Shown here: positions 32,880-46,900 of the stretch, piece by piece | Layout: each line of letters opens with the position of its first letter | Numbering within the stretch: position 1 is the first letter of the stretch | From: the human T2T-CHM13v2.0 reference genome, Homo sapiens | Assembly (NCBI RefSeq): GCF_009914755.1 | Contig: NC_060936.1 | Direction: 5' to 3' (one strand) | Length of the DNA: 64,000 bases | Program-made: the position numbers and the translations under genes | The notes under the pieces: generated by a model | Databases searched by the model: none | Seen by the model: the letters and a program-made list of their open reading frames with translations, nothing else | What the model was told of the DNA's origin: nothing

Positions 32880-34169
32880 GCATACTAATGCTTAAAAGAT
32901 CCAGAACTTTCAGGACAGGAAACAGTAATATAAATCATTTGTAGTTCACATTTGAAAAAACAGTTTTTACTGATAACATCTTGTTTAACCCTAACAACCA
33001 CCCTGGGAATAGGCTTTGATGTATTCTAACAACAAAATAATCAAGGATCAAAGAAGTTAGGTAACTGCTCAGAATCATCCAGCTCCAGAAAAGTCCAGTC
33101 TTTTAGTTCTTTGCCTGTGACTTTCTACTGTATTTACTGTATGAGGAAATCTAGATATCCTGCAATTATTAATCTCTTACTTCCATTCACATTCTAGTTC
33201 TAGACACTTCAATAATGGACCACACTGCCAAGCTGACCTAGAATTCAGTTCAGCTCACTTCCTTCTACAAGGCAAAAGTATCACTCATACATAAAGACAA
33301 AAAAGCAGAAGCCCAGCTCTTTATGGATTCCAGACTAAGAAATGCACAAAGGTTTAAACCAAATCACATAAAGTCCATTTACACAAAGGCTTGAACAAAA
33401 TCACATAAAGCCTATCTACTTTTTCTTAGATTTCTAAGGGTTACTAAGCACTCTTAGCACTTGGCATGTGAAGATGGAGTAAGGAAACATCAAGAAAATG
33501 CTGTTTTTAAAGTGCTAATTATTAATCACAAGGAAATAATTAAAATGATTCTATGGTAACATGTTGTCATTAAAAACAAAAAATAGCTATCCTTTGAGAA
33601 TGAGAACCTCTTACATGGCAGATATTTTGAGTAAATGCTTTTAATTTATTTAATTCTAAGCCTAAAGATAGGCAGTTCAATCTCCATTATACTAATGAGA
33701 GCCTGTCCACCTACCTAATTTTACACAACAAGTAACTATCTTACTCCAAAATTCATCAACTTCATTTTTTGTGTAATGGGAAAATAATGAATGCATAAGG
33801 TGTTCAGTAGCATAAGGCTTGCTCCCTTGGTGTGGCCAAAGAACACCAGTTACTTACTCTGTATTCTAAGGTTTTGTACATGGGATATGGAGATTTTTAT
33901 TGGTGCTTTGCCTCCTTCTCCTATCTTGTCTATGGTTTTAAGTGTTGATGCACACATTTCAGGACTATTTCTTTATCTTCTCTGTCGTTTAGGAATACAC
34001 CTGACAGAAATGGGTGCCACTTTTGACTTACAGTTTACACCTTAATCAGAATTACCTGGGAAGATTTTTTAAATGTAGATTCATCAGTCCTGTCATAGAT
34101 TCATTAAAGTTCCCTTCGTGATTCTTAGGCAAATAAAGTTTAAAAACTTATTTGTTTTTATTTTACACC

Positions 34170-34438
<269 letters not shown>

Positions 34439-35334
34439 CCTATTTATTTTAAAAGCACAGTGTGAACTTCTGACACAGAAACTTCTAAGAGAAATAAATG
34501 AAAAGTTTTATTACATGTAGTGATTTACTAACATCCCAGTTAACTGAAGAGTAAGATTAATCAGGCTATGTGCTTATAATATAATAAACAAAAATAAATC
34601 CAACTACAAAGTATATGCCAAATATACATTTTAGGAAAAGTACTGAGTATTGGCAAATATGAAATTGCCAATGTGCCAATGGGAGAAATAGCTTATAATA
34701 AAATAGTCCATCTTACATTCCAAACAGAAATTTGCCCATTAAAAATAACTAGTCATAGTGAGAAATGTGGGATTATTTATCACTATTCATAAAGGATTAT
34801 TTTCTTAAAAGATGGACAAAGTAAATATCCTCGAGACAGTCAACAGAGGCCACCACTTCAAGGGTTGAGACTGCAACTAGACCCCAACTTTTTTTTAAGT
34901 GCATTTTCATTACTCAAAAAGATCTGGAAATAAAAGACAATGATCGGAGTGATCCTCTTCTTTCACTCCACCTCTGCAAAACCCTCCCTCAATTAAAAAA
35001 AATATATAGTAAATTAAACACTCATTTCTTTACTATCTTACTTAGAGTCTTCTCTAATTTTTAGAACTTTAGGATCATGCCATGCTTCCAGATCATTAAC
35101 TACCAAAAACTTTAATACCAAGTTTTTATACTAAACCTATATTTACTGTAACATGCCCTGAAAGGGCATTTTTGTTTGTTTTTAAACCCATGTCATTATC
35201 TTGTTTGGGGCCACACATTGTTTTTTAGAAAGTCAATGTTTCAAAAGGTAGTATTAAAAATAAGGTCCTAAATGTGCTATCAAATTATTTTAAGGACAAA
35301 GTAGACTCTTTGGCGGGGGGGGGGAGGAGAGAGA

Positions 35335-35450
35335 GAGAGTGGTCTTGCTATGTTGTCCAGGCCAGCCTTGAACTCCTGGACTCAAGTGATCCTCCTGCCT
35401 CAGCCTCCCAAGTACTCGGGACTACGGATATGCGTCATCATGTCTGGCTA
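35335..35450 (-). mobile_element. FLAM/Alu monomer
   Basis: Reverse monomer. Confidence 0.8.
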
Positions 35451-37085
35451 TTTTTTTTTTTTAAAGTTCCAAGGCCTATACTTGAACAAAAATAAAATAG
35501 TGATTATTGTGCAAGTATAGTTAATACATCTACTATTGCTGTAAACCAAAAATGTAGTGAACATTCAGTCACTGCATTCAGCATTTACAACTACACAACA
35601 TCTCTTCAATTTCCAACTTGGAAGGAGGAGCAGCAATTCACTAAACCATTTTCCAAAAGTCAACAATAGTTATATTTTAAGGTTCAACTGTGAGGTTTAC
35701 TATGTACCTCCAATAATATGAAAAAACAGATTATAACAATGAAGATTTAATTTCTGAGATATGTTTCCATAGAATGATGGTACTACTCAGAAGATTCCCA
35801 AAAAAATCTGATTTTTAAGGAAAATTTTATAGAGACAAAAATTAGTTCCATTTACTTTTCTTATAGTCTACAAATACATAACTAAAACAGATATCTTCAA
35901 ACCATAACTATTCTATTAAGTTCCAATCTCTAAAACAATTTTCATCAGGTCCAAAAACAACAAGAGATTAAGTCTAACTAGAAAAGATTTATTTTGCTGA
36001 CAGATTATGCTATTTGGTCCAGCTTCCTTCCATCCTTCAACTCACATCCTTCCCACATCTAACCCACATTAAATGACTATTTAAACTGCCAAATATTTTA
36101 AGATGTATAGATAGTTGGCTCAATAAACTTGTCTCAACGTATTTCTATTGTATCATAAAAATTCCGTAAGTCAATTAAAATAAAAATTGTTACATAGAGG
36201 AAAACTGACTTCACATTTCATCTCAAGTATATACAAGTAAGGAATTAAGATGAACTTCCCCTTTCATTTGTGTTTAAGAACAAGAACTGAAATTTCATTA
36301 TGCCTAATTAACCTATTACTTACACTACTCTGATATACATCTCCTCTCTCCAGACTTCATTCCATTCCAAGTCTTAGTCTCTGGGTTGTATCATTTATGA
36401 CAGCTTACAACTCCCTGTCTTGCCTCAAGAGCGCTCAAGTTTTTGAAGCAATTCTGGAAGCAAATTAGTTGAGTTTTATAAAATCAAACTGCAGCAAAAC
36501 TCAATATCCCGTAACAGAGCCTGATTTTTCTCTTCCATGGAGTTAATAGTAATATATCTCACAATAAATAAGCATTTTAAGCTAATCGCAGACATTATCT
36601 TGTTAACTTTGCATTTTCACAAGGAAATAGGTGAAAGTATCATCAGATAACTTGAAAGCTTCCAATCCTTTTTAGACTCCTCAAGCAAGTTTCTTAAAGA
36701 GATTATATAGTGTTAGTTGATATAGTACTAAAATAAGCAACCTCTAAGATACAAACTGCATCTTAATAATTTAAGAAGCCAACTGTATTAGTGGAGTCCT
36801 TCCTTCACTTGTTAAGTGGAGGCGGTTTCAATTAGTACAAAGGGGGCTTAAAAGTAGTCTTCTCATCTCTTTCTCACATAGTAAAATGAATGCAATAAAG
36901 CTTCTGTCTCCTTAAAGGAAAAGAATCAAGCATCTAGGCTATCTTATTTGTACAAATTGTATCTCAAGGTAACTAAAACAGCTGATGAAAGGAAATTTCT
37001 CTATATAAAATATTCCAGGTAATAAATTACAAAGGAATGAATTAGAATACCACCATTTTGCAACCAATAATAAAATAGATCATAG

Positions 37086-37560
37086 TCCAAGCACCCCTGT
37101 GAGTCCCCAAGACCATTTCAGAGGATCCGCAAGGTCAAACTATTTTTAGAATGCTAAAATCTTACTTGCCTTTTCTCTCCTCATTCTCCCATGAGTGTAC
37201 ACAAAGTTTCCAACGGTTACATGATATGTAATATTACAACAAACTAAAGGATGAAGCAGATAGGAGAAACAGGATGTCTTCTTTTCAGCTGAACAATAAA
37301 GAGATTTACAAAAATGTTAAACAGTGGACCAATTTTCTAAATTTTTGTTTGGAAAATAGTTCTCACAAAAATGTTATTTATATAAACATGCAGTGGGCTT
37401 TTTTTCCAATTAATAACAGGCATTTCTAAAATTTCTTGGTTTTAATTTCTAAAAAAGTAAATGCTCATACATACAGTGATATTTACACATAAACAAAAAC
37501 CCTTTAGGATACTCAATAATTTTTAAGAATGTAAAGGGATCTTAAGGCTGAAAAGTTTGG
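37086..37560. mobile_element. MER119-like hAT-Charlie element
   Basis: GTCCCCAAGACCATTTCAGAGGATCCGCAAGGTCAAACTATTTT...AATAATTTTTAAGAATGTAAAGGG. Confidence 0.65.
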
Positions 37561-37562
37561 TG

Positions 37563-37888
37563 TGAAAGAAAATAAATCTTGGGACCCCAAAATCACTAAG
37601 CTGAAGGGAAAAGTGAAGCTGGGAACTGCTTAGGGCAAACCTGCCTCTGACCTAGAAGCCCCTTCCCCTCTTCAAGTTGTCCTGCCTTTCTGGATGGAAC
37701 CAAGTACATCTTACATGATGTCTCATATGTCTCCCTAGATGTACAAAACCAAACTGTGCCCCGACCACCTTGGGCACATGTTGTCAGGACCTCCAGAGGC
37801 TGTGTCACAGGTGCATCCTTAACCTTGGCAAAATAAATTTTCTAAATTGACTGACACCTGTCTCAGATATTAATATTTTGAGTTGACA
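37563..37888 (+). mobile_element. MER4-group ERV1 LTR, internally deleted
   Basis: TGAAAGAAAATAAATCTTGGGACCCCAAAATCACTAAGC...GACCACCTTGGGCACATG...CTTGGCAAAATAAA...GACA. Confidence 0.8.
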
Positions 37889-37889
37889 G

Positions 37890-38555
37890 CTGATCTAGGC
37901 AATTTACCAGTGATTGCTGACATAGAAAAAGAACTGACTAGACTTTTACTCCTTCGGATGGAAGTACAAAATACCACATATAATGTATCCTTGTCAAAAT
38001 AATAATAATAATAATGAATGGATCTGATCAAACCTCTAGTTTAAATCTAAATTTACCAAATTATAGGAAATAGTTTACAAGATTACATTAAACAAGACCA
38101 CGGGGGATGCATTCAGCAAAATCTAGACTGTGAGAAACAACAAGCTTTATTCAACAGATAAACTGTGAAAAAATAATACAGGAAGAATGTAAAGATTACA
38201 AGTTAAGAGACATTGCAAGCAACTATAATGTATAGATCTTATTTGGACAAAATATAAAAGACATATATGAGATACCCATGAAAATTTTTGGGCACTGATT
38301 GGACATTTGATATTAATGAATTATTATTTACATGTAATAGTGGAATGGAGTAATCTTTTAAAAATAAGAGTCCTTATCTTTAATAAATTCATACTATCTA
38401 CAAATGAAATGATATCCAGTATTGCCTCAAAACAATAAAAATTGGAGGAAATCAATAAAGTAAGATGAGCCATAAATTAAAAATAACTGAAGCTAGTTAA
38501 CATGTTCACACATAGGGTTGATAATACTATCTTATTTCCTTTTGTTCATTTGATT
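37890..38555 (+). mobile_element. L1MC-type 3' end
   Basis: GATCAAACCTCTAG, GGGGATGCATTCAGCAAAATCTAGACTG; similar to the 4.3-4.7 kb fragment. Confidence 0.65.
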
Positions 38556-38562
38556 TTTCCTT

Positions 38563-38829
<267 letters not shown>

Positions 38830-39115
38830 CCACATTTGATCTTTCTATAGTAAAAGTTTGTAGATATTTTTTGTTTTTAATGTTTCAAGTTAGAAGAAAA
38901 TGTATTTCCTTAAGTAAGTTGAATCATTTACCCTTACGCCTAAGGGCATTAACAGTGCTTCCTCCCGCAAAAGCCACCTGATGAAGTGCTGTTTCTGCTT
39001 CACGAAATAGCCCTGAAGTAGTTTGTCTTTGGTCTTCTTTTATCTTACTTCTGAACTCTTTACCTCTAAAATATTAGAAACAAAAACAACTGGTTAAGTA
39101 AGGAAAGTTATAGAC

Positions 39116-39503
39116 CAGTGGTTCCCAGCCTTTTTGGCACCAGGGACTGGTTTCATGGGACACAATTTTTCCATGGACCAGGGGGATAATGGGGAGGATG
39201 GTTTCTGGATGAAACTGTTCCACCTCAGATCATCAGACATTGGTTAGATTCTCATAAGGAGTGCACAACCTACATCCCTCACATGCGCAGTTCAAAAGAG
39301 GGTTCGTGTTCCTATGAGAATCTAAGGGTGCCGCTCATCTGTCAGGAGGCAGAGCCCAGGCAGTAATGCAAGCGATGGGGAATGGCTGTAAATACAGGTG
39401 AAGCTTTGCTCGCTTGCCCACTGCTCACCTCCTGCTGTGTGGCCTGGTTCCTAACAAGTCATGGACCAGTACGGGTCTACGGCCCAGGAGCTGGGGACCC
39501 CTG
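39116..39503 (+). mobile_element. MER1-family hAT MITE (longer variant)
   Basis: Homologous to the 18497 and 20474 copies; ends GGGGACCCCTG. Confidence 0.9.
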
Positions 39504-40377
39504 TATAGAGAATACAAATATAAGGAGAGGAATCCAGACAACAAGTTGGGGTATTCCTATTGGAAGGAAATACTCTCATCCCAATCAAATACAAACATAT
39601 TTACACACATGCACTTCCAACTGTGTGCTGTTATGAAGAAAACAGTTCAAAACAAACAAAGCTAGGGAAAGGAAGAATGAAGTACATTTTTAAATAATTT
39701 CACTTATCTTTTTCTGTTCAGATACATCAAAGATTTTAGTCTTCACATTTTGGCTTGAATGACTTCAGTCTTGGTGATATTTAAAAAATAGCCCTAAAAG
39801 TTACTGGCATGAGCTATGCAGAAGATTCCCCACACAGTGCAGATTATGTAAAGATTAGGGATATAAGACCAACAATATTAAATTGAGGGTTTCTTGTACA
39901 ATGATGTTAATAGAACTTAAAAAGTAATTTGCAAAATAGATTTAAGAATTAGAGAGGCCTCAGAACTTTCCCTGCATGGAGGGAATAAGCCATATTACAG
40001 AGTAGGGCCATGTCTATTCTCAGGACTATGCAAATTTCAAGATACACTGTTCTATCTTTTCAACTTGCCATATTATCTTATATCTTGATTATTGGTTTGG
40101 GACATATGATTTTCGTATCTGCAGACCTTAAATAACTAAGAAATATATTTAAAAAAACTCCTCTTCTAATAACCATCTTAAATTATACATACTTCATTTT
40201 CAAGTCCTCCAACGAAAGCAACTCTAACAAACATCTAGATAATCTAAACTTAGTTGAGTAATTCTCAAGTGTTCTTTAAAAAAAGAAAAAAATCAAATGA
40301 TACATGGAAAAAGATTTCAAAATATACTGAAACTGTTAAATAAGTTATTTATATAATGAATAAACAGTTATTCATTC

Positions 40378-40657
40378 TTTTTTTTTGTTTGTTGGGTTTG
40401 TTTTTTTAAGACAGTCTCTTGTTCTGTCACCCAGGCTGGAGTACAGTGGCACAATCTTGGCTTACTGCAACCTCCACCTCCCGGTTCAAACATACTATAG
40501 GTGTGCACCACTATACTGGGCTAATTTTTGTATTTTCAGTAGAGATGGGGTTTTGCCATGTTGCCCAGGCTGGTCTCAAACTCCTGAGCTCAAGCAATCC
40601 ACCCTCCTCCACCTCCCAAAGTACTGGAATTACAGATGTGAGCCACCACGCTTGGCC
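40378..40657 (-). mobile_element. Alu with internal deletion
   Basis: Reverse Alu consensus. Confidence 0.9.
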
Positions 40658-41663
40658 TTTTTTGTTCTTAAACAGGTTACTTTTCTAAGAAAAATGTAAA
40701 TATTTTTAACCTATGGGTATACAAAATGCTAAAAATAGGTGGATGTTTGAAACAGGAAAAAAAATTAAGTTGTTAATCACACTGTATTCATTCGTTGCAC
40801 CACAGCATGTTTCTATTGTTTTTCCCCCATTTTAAAAAGCCATGTAAACAGTTTTAACAATGACAAAAAGTTTTAAGCAACTAATTGGCAGTACATAAGC
40901 AAAGTCCAAGAGAAAAATGCAAGTAAAGTTACTAAATTATAGAAAAGGCTGGTTGGTTGGTTGAATTGTATCCTCAAAGATTACAGAATTAGGTAATGAA
41001 AGCTTAAAAAACCAAATTATCAAATCTGTTACTGAAATCAAAATAAAATCCAAAGAGCAATATACTTTACCAGGAGAATGTCTATCTTATGTGTCACTAT
41101 TATACATCATTTTTTCTTGGGGAAAAAAAAAATGCAATGAATAAGAATAAAAATTCTTCATAGAAAAATCATTAGGTTTCAAAATGCCAAAAATATCTCA
41201 TTCAATTCATTCTGAAAAGTCCATCTGACATTAGAAAAAATAATTCCTGAGACAGCAAATGTTACAAAGGGAGTAATTTACAAAATATCAAGGTAATAGC
41301 AATCACTGTAACTGAACCTTTCTTATAACTACACGAATTTATCAATAGATACTCTCTAGTATCAAATATTAAAACTTCAGTTCACAATAAAAAAAAGGCT
41401 ATCATAAGCTGAACTTCAAATTTTAAGTGTACTTCAAGATTTTGTGATTTTAAAGCAAAACCTTAGAAGAAAACACAATTTATAAATGAAATAATTTCCA
41501 TATCAGAATATGTTTGCCACTTTTTTTTTAGGGGTTTTTTTTTTTCATTATTTCCCTAGTTGACAGACCACCTTCTTAATCCTACATGTCAAGCACTGAG
41601 CTAAGTATTAAGGATACTAAAATAGACTGTCAAGGAAAACCTAGCTTAAAAAGGAAAAATATT

Positions 41664-41803
41664 AGCCAGGCACAGTAGCACGAACCTCTAGTCCCAGCTA
41701 CGCTGGAGGCTGAGGCAGGAGAATTGCTTAAGCCTAGGAGTTTGAGTCTAGCCTGGGCAAAAAGCAAGACCTTAGCACTTAAAAAAAAAAAAAAAAAAAA
41801 AGG
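41664..41803 (+). mobile_element. FLAM/Alu monomer
   Basis: Monomer plus A tail. Confidence 0.8.
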
Positions 41804-42444
41804 AAAGAAAACATTACATTCAAATACTAATTTTAAATTCCACTACAGCCTAAAGTTGTTTGGTGGTGTTTTAAACTTTAATTCAACAAAATGGAAAGTA
41901 CTAGACAACATAATTGAAATCTCTTTTCTCTAATCAATTTACCATCTAAAATATTCCACCAATTTCAAGATTAAATCCCTTCACTAGGAGAATCATGTGG
42001 CTAGATTTAATCAAAACAGGAAAGGTTTTAATCAATATTCTGTACTAGAAACATAGCCCTTATGTGTAGTTAGCGTAGAAGTAGCTTCTCTAAATTCAAA
42101 TATATGGCTATAGGTTTTTGTAGATATTCATCAAACTGAGGCCATTCCCATCTATTCCTAGTTTACCAAGAAGTTTTACTGTGAATGGGTATTGGATCTT
42201 GTCAAATACTTTTTCTCCATCTATTAATATGAGATTTTTCTTCTTTAGCTTGTTGATGTGTTTACCATGTTAATTGTTTAGTTTCCTCGATACGAGGGAT
42301 ATAAAGACAAATAGTTCATTTAACTTTTTATGATAATTAAATAAGCTTATACATGTAATGAACTTAGAACAATGCCTAGCATATACTCAAAATGTTAAGA
42401 TTATTTATAAAGAGGCTCAATCATAATTTCTACAAAAAGGACAC

Positions 42445-42571
42445 AGCCAGGCACAGTTGTGCACCTGTAGTCCTAGTTACTTGGGAGGCTGAGGCAAGAG
42501 GATCACTTGAGCCCAGGAGCTCAAAGCCAGCGTGGGCAACATAGCAAGACCCTATCTCTAAAAATAAAAAT
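42445..42571 (+). mobile_element. FLAM/Alu monomer
   Basis: Monomer. Confidence 0.82.
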
Positions 42572-42629
42572 ATTAAAAAGCTATACTTCTGCATGACATC
42601 ATTTTACTGCACGAATAGCAGTGAAAAGT

Positions 42630-43330
42630 ATTGTTAGTTAATGGCATCAGCATCCACCCAATTGCTCTAAAGGAAAACCTAATTATCATTTTGATTGCTC
42701 TGCTTCTCACAGAAAGTGCTGTCAGCTCTACCTCTAAAACATATTCCATACGCAATCCCGTCTCTCCATGGCCCCTACCTCCCACCTGGTCACTCTCTCC
42801 TGTATTGCTGTAGTGGTCTGCCCTCTCCTTCCCGTACACAGAGCCCATTCTTTACCTACAACCTAAACTGATCTTTCTGAAACAAAAATTAGATCAAGTA
42901 CTTCCTCTGCTTCAACCAACAAGCAGCTCCCAACTGCACTTAAACTCCAAACTCTACCATGACCTGGTCTTTATCTCTTCTCACCTACCCAACTTTTGCT
43001 TTAAGTTGAATACTTGAAGTTTCCTGCCTCAAAACCTCTGTAATGTCTGTTCCCTCCACCTAGAACTTTTGTTTTGTTTTCTTTCTCCCCACAATCTCTT
43101 CCGATTCTCCTACCTAGAACATTTTTACCCCAGCTCCTTCCCCTGATTTTTACCTAACTGGCTCCTTCCAAAGTTTGGATCTCAACTAAATACCTTGCTC
43201 CATATAGAGGCTTTCCTTGCCAGCCCTAAAGTGCTACCACCACTTTGCAGCCTCTACTCTCTATAGCCTATCTCCCTGTTTTATCCTCTCCAAGGTACTT
43301 ATCATCAAGTTTATTGTGTGTATTAGATCA
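42630..43330 (+). mobile_element. L2 fragment
   Basis: GTTAATGGCATCAGCATCCACCCAATTGCT...TGATCTTTCTGAAACAAAAATTAGATCA, pyrimidine-rich L2 3' region. Confidence 0.7.
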
Positions 43331-43714
43331 CATCCATACCCCTCAACGAGAATCAGTTTTATTAACTTGAATGTATCACCAAAAAAAAAAAAAAGATTCT
43401 AATTTTTTTCTGTATTTCAAACATGTACAGCAGTAGAGAAAATAAAATAATCCTAATTTGTTCATTACTGCAATTTCAACAAGTACAAATTTCATTTATA
43501 TTTCTATTACTTTCCCACCACTATCTGTCCTATATTATTTGGAAGCAAATCCCAGGCATTTCTTCTCTAAATATACCAATATATATCTCTAAAACAATTC
43601 TTCTACAGCACACACTAAACCACTACCACAACGAAAATAATGAAAAATGATTACTTAATATTATCAAATATCAAGTTAGATGTCAAATTTCTCAATTACC
43701 ACAACCATTATTAA

Positions 43715-44025
<311 letters not shown>

Positions 44026-44446
44026 CTAAATTAATCATATTTCTTTCTAGTGTCTACCAATACAAAGAGAGAAAAGGAAATTGCAAGTCTGGAGAAGGAA
44101 GAAGTGATTTGTTCTTCAAGTTTGCTTCCTGTTCTGTCAGTTTCACCTGAGCCTTGCTTAGTCACTAGAGCAGCACTCATTCAAGTAGCAACAGCTGAAA
44201 CCAGCCTTATTGTGCCCCTCAGTGACTCCGTTACCAGCCAGTTGGAGGCCTCTCCTCAAAGAGCTGAGCCTGAGCTCCTCTTTCAAATTCAGTAACCCAA
44301 TACTAGCCAAACAGCACTCCCTTGTCAGAGGTCTGAGATTTGTGAGAACTTAAAATAAGAGCTAAAAATAGGTAATATACTTTATGGTAGCATTTTTTAT
44401 TCCTCATATAAGCACTTCACAAGGTTAAATTCTTCTACTTAGAATG

Positions 44447-46558
44447 TAATCCCATTCACAACAACCACAAAAAGAATAAAACACCTAGGAATAAGCTAAC
44501 CAGGGAGGTGAAAGATTTCTACAATGAGAATTACAAAACACTGCTGAAAGAAATCAGAGATGACACAAAGTAATGGAAAAACATCCCATGCTCATGGATA
44601 GGAAGAATCAGTATTGTTAAGATGGCCACCCTACCCAAAGCAATTTACAGATTTAATGCTACTCCTAACAAGCTATCAATATCATTATTTGCAGAATTAG
44701 AAAAAAAAATTCTAAAATTCATCTGGAAACAAAAAAAGAGCCCAAATAGCCAATACAATCCTAAGCAAAAAGAACAAAGCTGGAGGCATCACAATACCCG
44801 ACTTCACTATACGACAAGGCTACAGTAACTAAAAGAGCATGGTATTGGTATAAAAACAGACACATGGACCAATGGAGCAGGTCAGAGAACCCCAAAAATA
44901 AAGCTGCACACCTACAACCATCTGATCTTTGACAAAGCCAACAAACAAGCAAAGGAGAAAGGACTCCTTATTCAATAAACAGTGCTGAGATAACTGGCTA
45001 GCCATATGCAGAAGACTGAAATTGGACCCCTTCTTTTCACCAGATAAAAAAAAAAAAATCAACTCAAATGGACTAAAGGCTTAAATGTAAAACCTGCAAC
45101 TATGAAAACCCTAGAAGAAAACCTAGGAAATATCATCTGAACATCAGCCTTGGCAAAGATTTCATGATGAAGACTCCAAAAGCAATTCAAACAAAAACAA
45201 AAATTGACAAGTGGGACCTAATCAAACTAAAGAGCTTCTGCACAGCAAAATAAACTATCAACAGAGTAAAAAGACAATCTACAGAATGGGAGAAAATATT
45301 TGCAAATTATGCATCTGACAAAAGTCTAATGTCCAGAATCTACAGGGACCTTAAGCAAATCAATAAGCCAAAAAAAAAATGACCGCATTAAAAAGCGGGC
45401 AAAGGACATGAACAGACACTTCTCAAAACATGACATACACGTAGCAACAAGCATATGAAAAAAATGCTCAATATGACTAATCATTTGAGAAATGTAAATT
45501 AAAACCACAATAAGATACCATCTCACACCAGTCAGAATGGCTACTATTAAAAAGCCAAAAATCCACAGATGTTGGTGAGGTTGCAGAGAAAAGGGAACAC
45601 CCAAACACTGCTGGTGAGAATTTAAATTAGTTCAGCCACTGTGGAAAGCAGTTTGGAGATTTCTCAATGAACTTAAAACAGAACTACCATCCAGACCCAG
45701 CAATCCTTTTACTGGGTATATACCCAAAGGACTAGAAATCATTCTACCACAGGGCCAGGCACGGTGGCTCACGCCTGTAATCACAGCACTTTGGAGGCCA
45801 AGGCGGGTGGATCGCTTGGGCTCAGGAGTTCAAGACCAGCCTGGGCAACATGGCAAAACCCTGTCTCTACTAAAAATACAAAAAATTTTAGCTGGGCGTG
45901 GTGCCGCACTTGTGTTCGCAGCTACTCGGGAGGCTGAGGTGGGGAGGATCACTTGAGCCTGGAAGGTGGAGGTTGCAGTAAGCTAGGATCACGCCACTGC
46001 ACCCCAACCTGGGTGACAAAGCAAGACTCTGTCTCTCAAATATAAAAATAAAAATAAAATAAATCATTCTACCATGAAGACACAAGCATGCATATATTCA
46101 TCGCAGCACTATTCACAATAGCAAAGATAAGTAATCAACCCAGATCCCCATCAACAGTTGATTGGATAAAGAAAATGTGGTACATAAACACCATGGAATC
46201 CTACACAGCCATAAAAAAGAACAAGGTCATGTCCTTTGCAGCAATATAGATGGAGCTAGAGGCCATTATCCTAAGCACATTAATGCAGGAACAGAAAACC
46301 AAATACTGCATGTTTTCAGTTATAAGACGGAGCTAAATATTAAGTACACATGGACGCAAAGAAGGAAACAATAGTCACTGGGCCTACTTAACAGTGGAGG
46401 GTGGGAGAAGGGTAAGGATATTATGGGTACTATGCTGATTACCTGGGTAACAAAATTATCTGTACACCAAACCCCCACGACATGAAATTTACCCATGCAG
46501 CAAATCTGCAAATGTACCCCCTGAATCTAAAATAAAAGTTGGAAAGAAAAAAAATAAT
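44447..46558 (+). mobile_element. 5'-truncated primate L1 (L1PA15/16- or L1PB-like): ORF2 3' half plus 3'UTR
   Basis: [12 protein letters not shown] / [13 protein letters not shown]2 remnants; 3' end TGTACCCCCTGAATCTAAAATAAAAGTT followed by A tail. Confidence 0.93.
45752..46060 (+). mobile_element. Alu nested in the L1
   Basis: Full Alu with TSD AAATCATTCTACCA. Confidence 0.95.
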
Positions 46559-46759
46559 AACAGCAAGCTTAATATATTTGTTTTGCTCAGGCTAGTATTT
46601 AAAAGGTGACACTGACCCCATTGTGAAGCTGGAAGCACAGGAGAAAGAAGTGACCCTGATCGCATTATGAAGTTGGAAACAGAGGAAAAAAAAAAAATCA
46701 AGAATGGAGGCAAGTGCAAAGTTAGCAACTAATTTCTCAAATCAGAAATCTGAACTTCT

Positions 46760-46900
46760 CAATGCTTTGCTTTCCTCACCTGTAAAATAGAAATAATAAT
46801 AATAATAGCAGTGACCCATCTAGAGCTGTTCTAAAAATTTAATGAGTTAATACATGTAAAGGACTTAGAATAGTACCAGGCTCAAAAAGCACTTAAGTGT
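46760..46900 (+). mobile_element. MIR
   Basis: TTTCCTCACCTGTAAAATAG...AATGAGTTAATACATGTAAAGGACTTAGAATAGTACC. Confidence 0.8.

Noticed and set aside
44050-44340. 81-aa ORF in a slightly GC-richer patch, considered as a processed pseudogene
   Set aside because: No recognisable protein, poly(A) or TSD; more likely an old LTR-type remnant that I cannot name
44622-46511. ORFs with L1 ORF2 similarity
   Set aside because: Frameshifted, 5'-truncated dead L1 interrupted by an Alu
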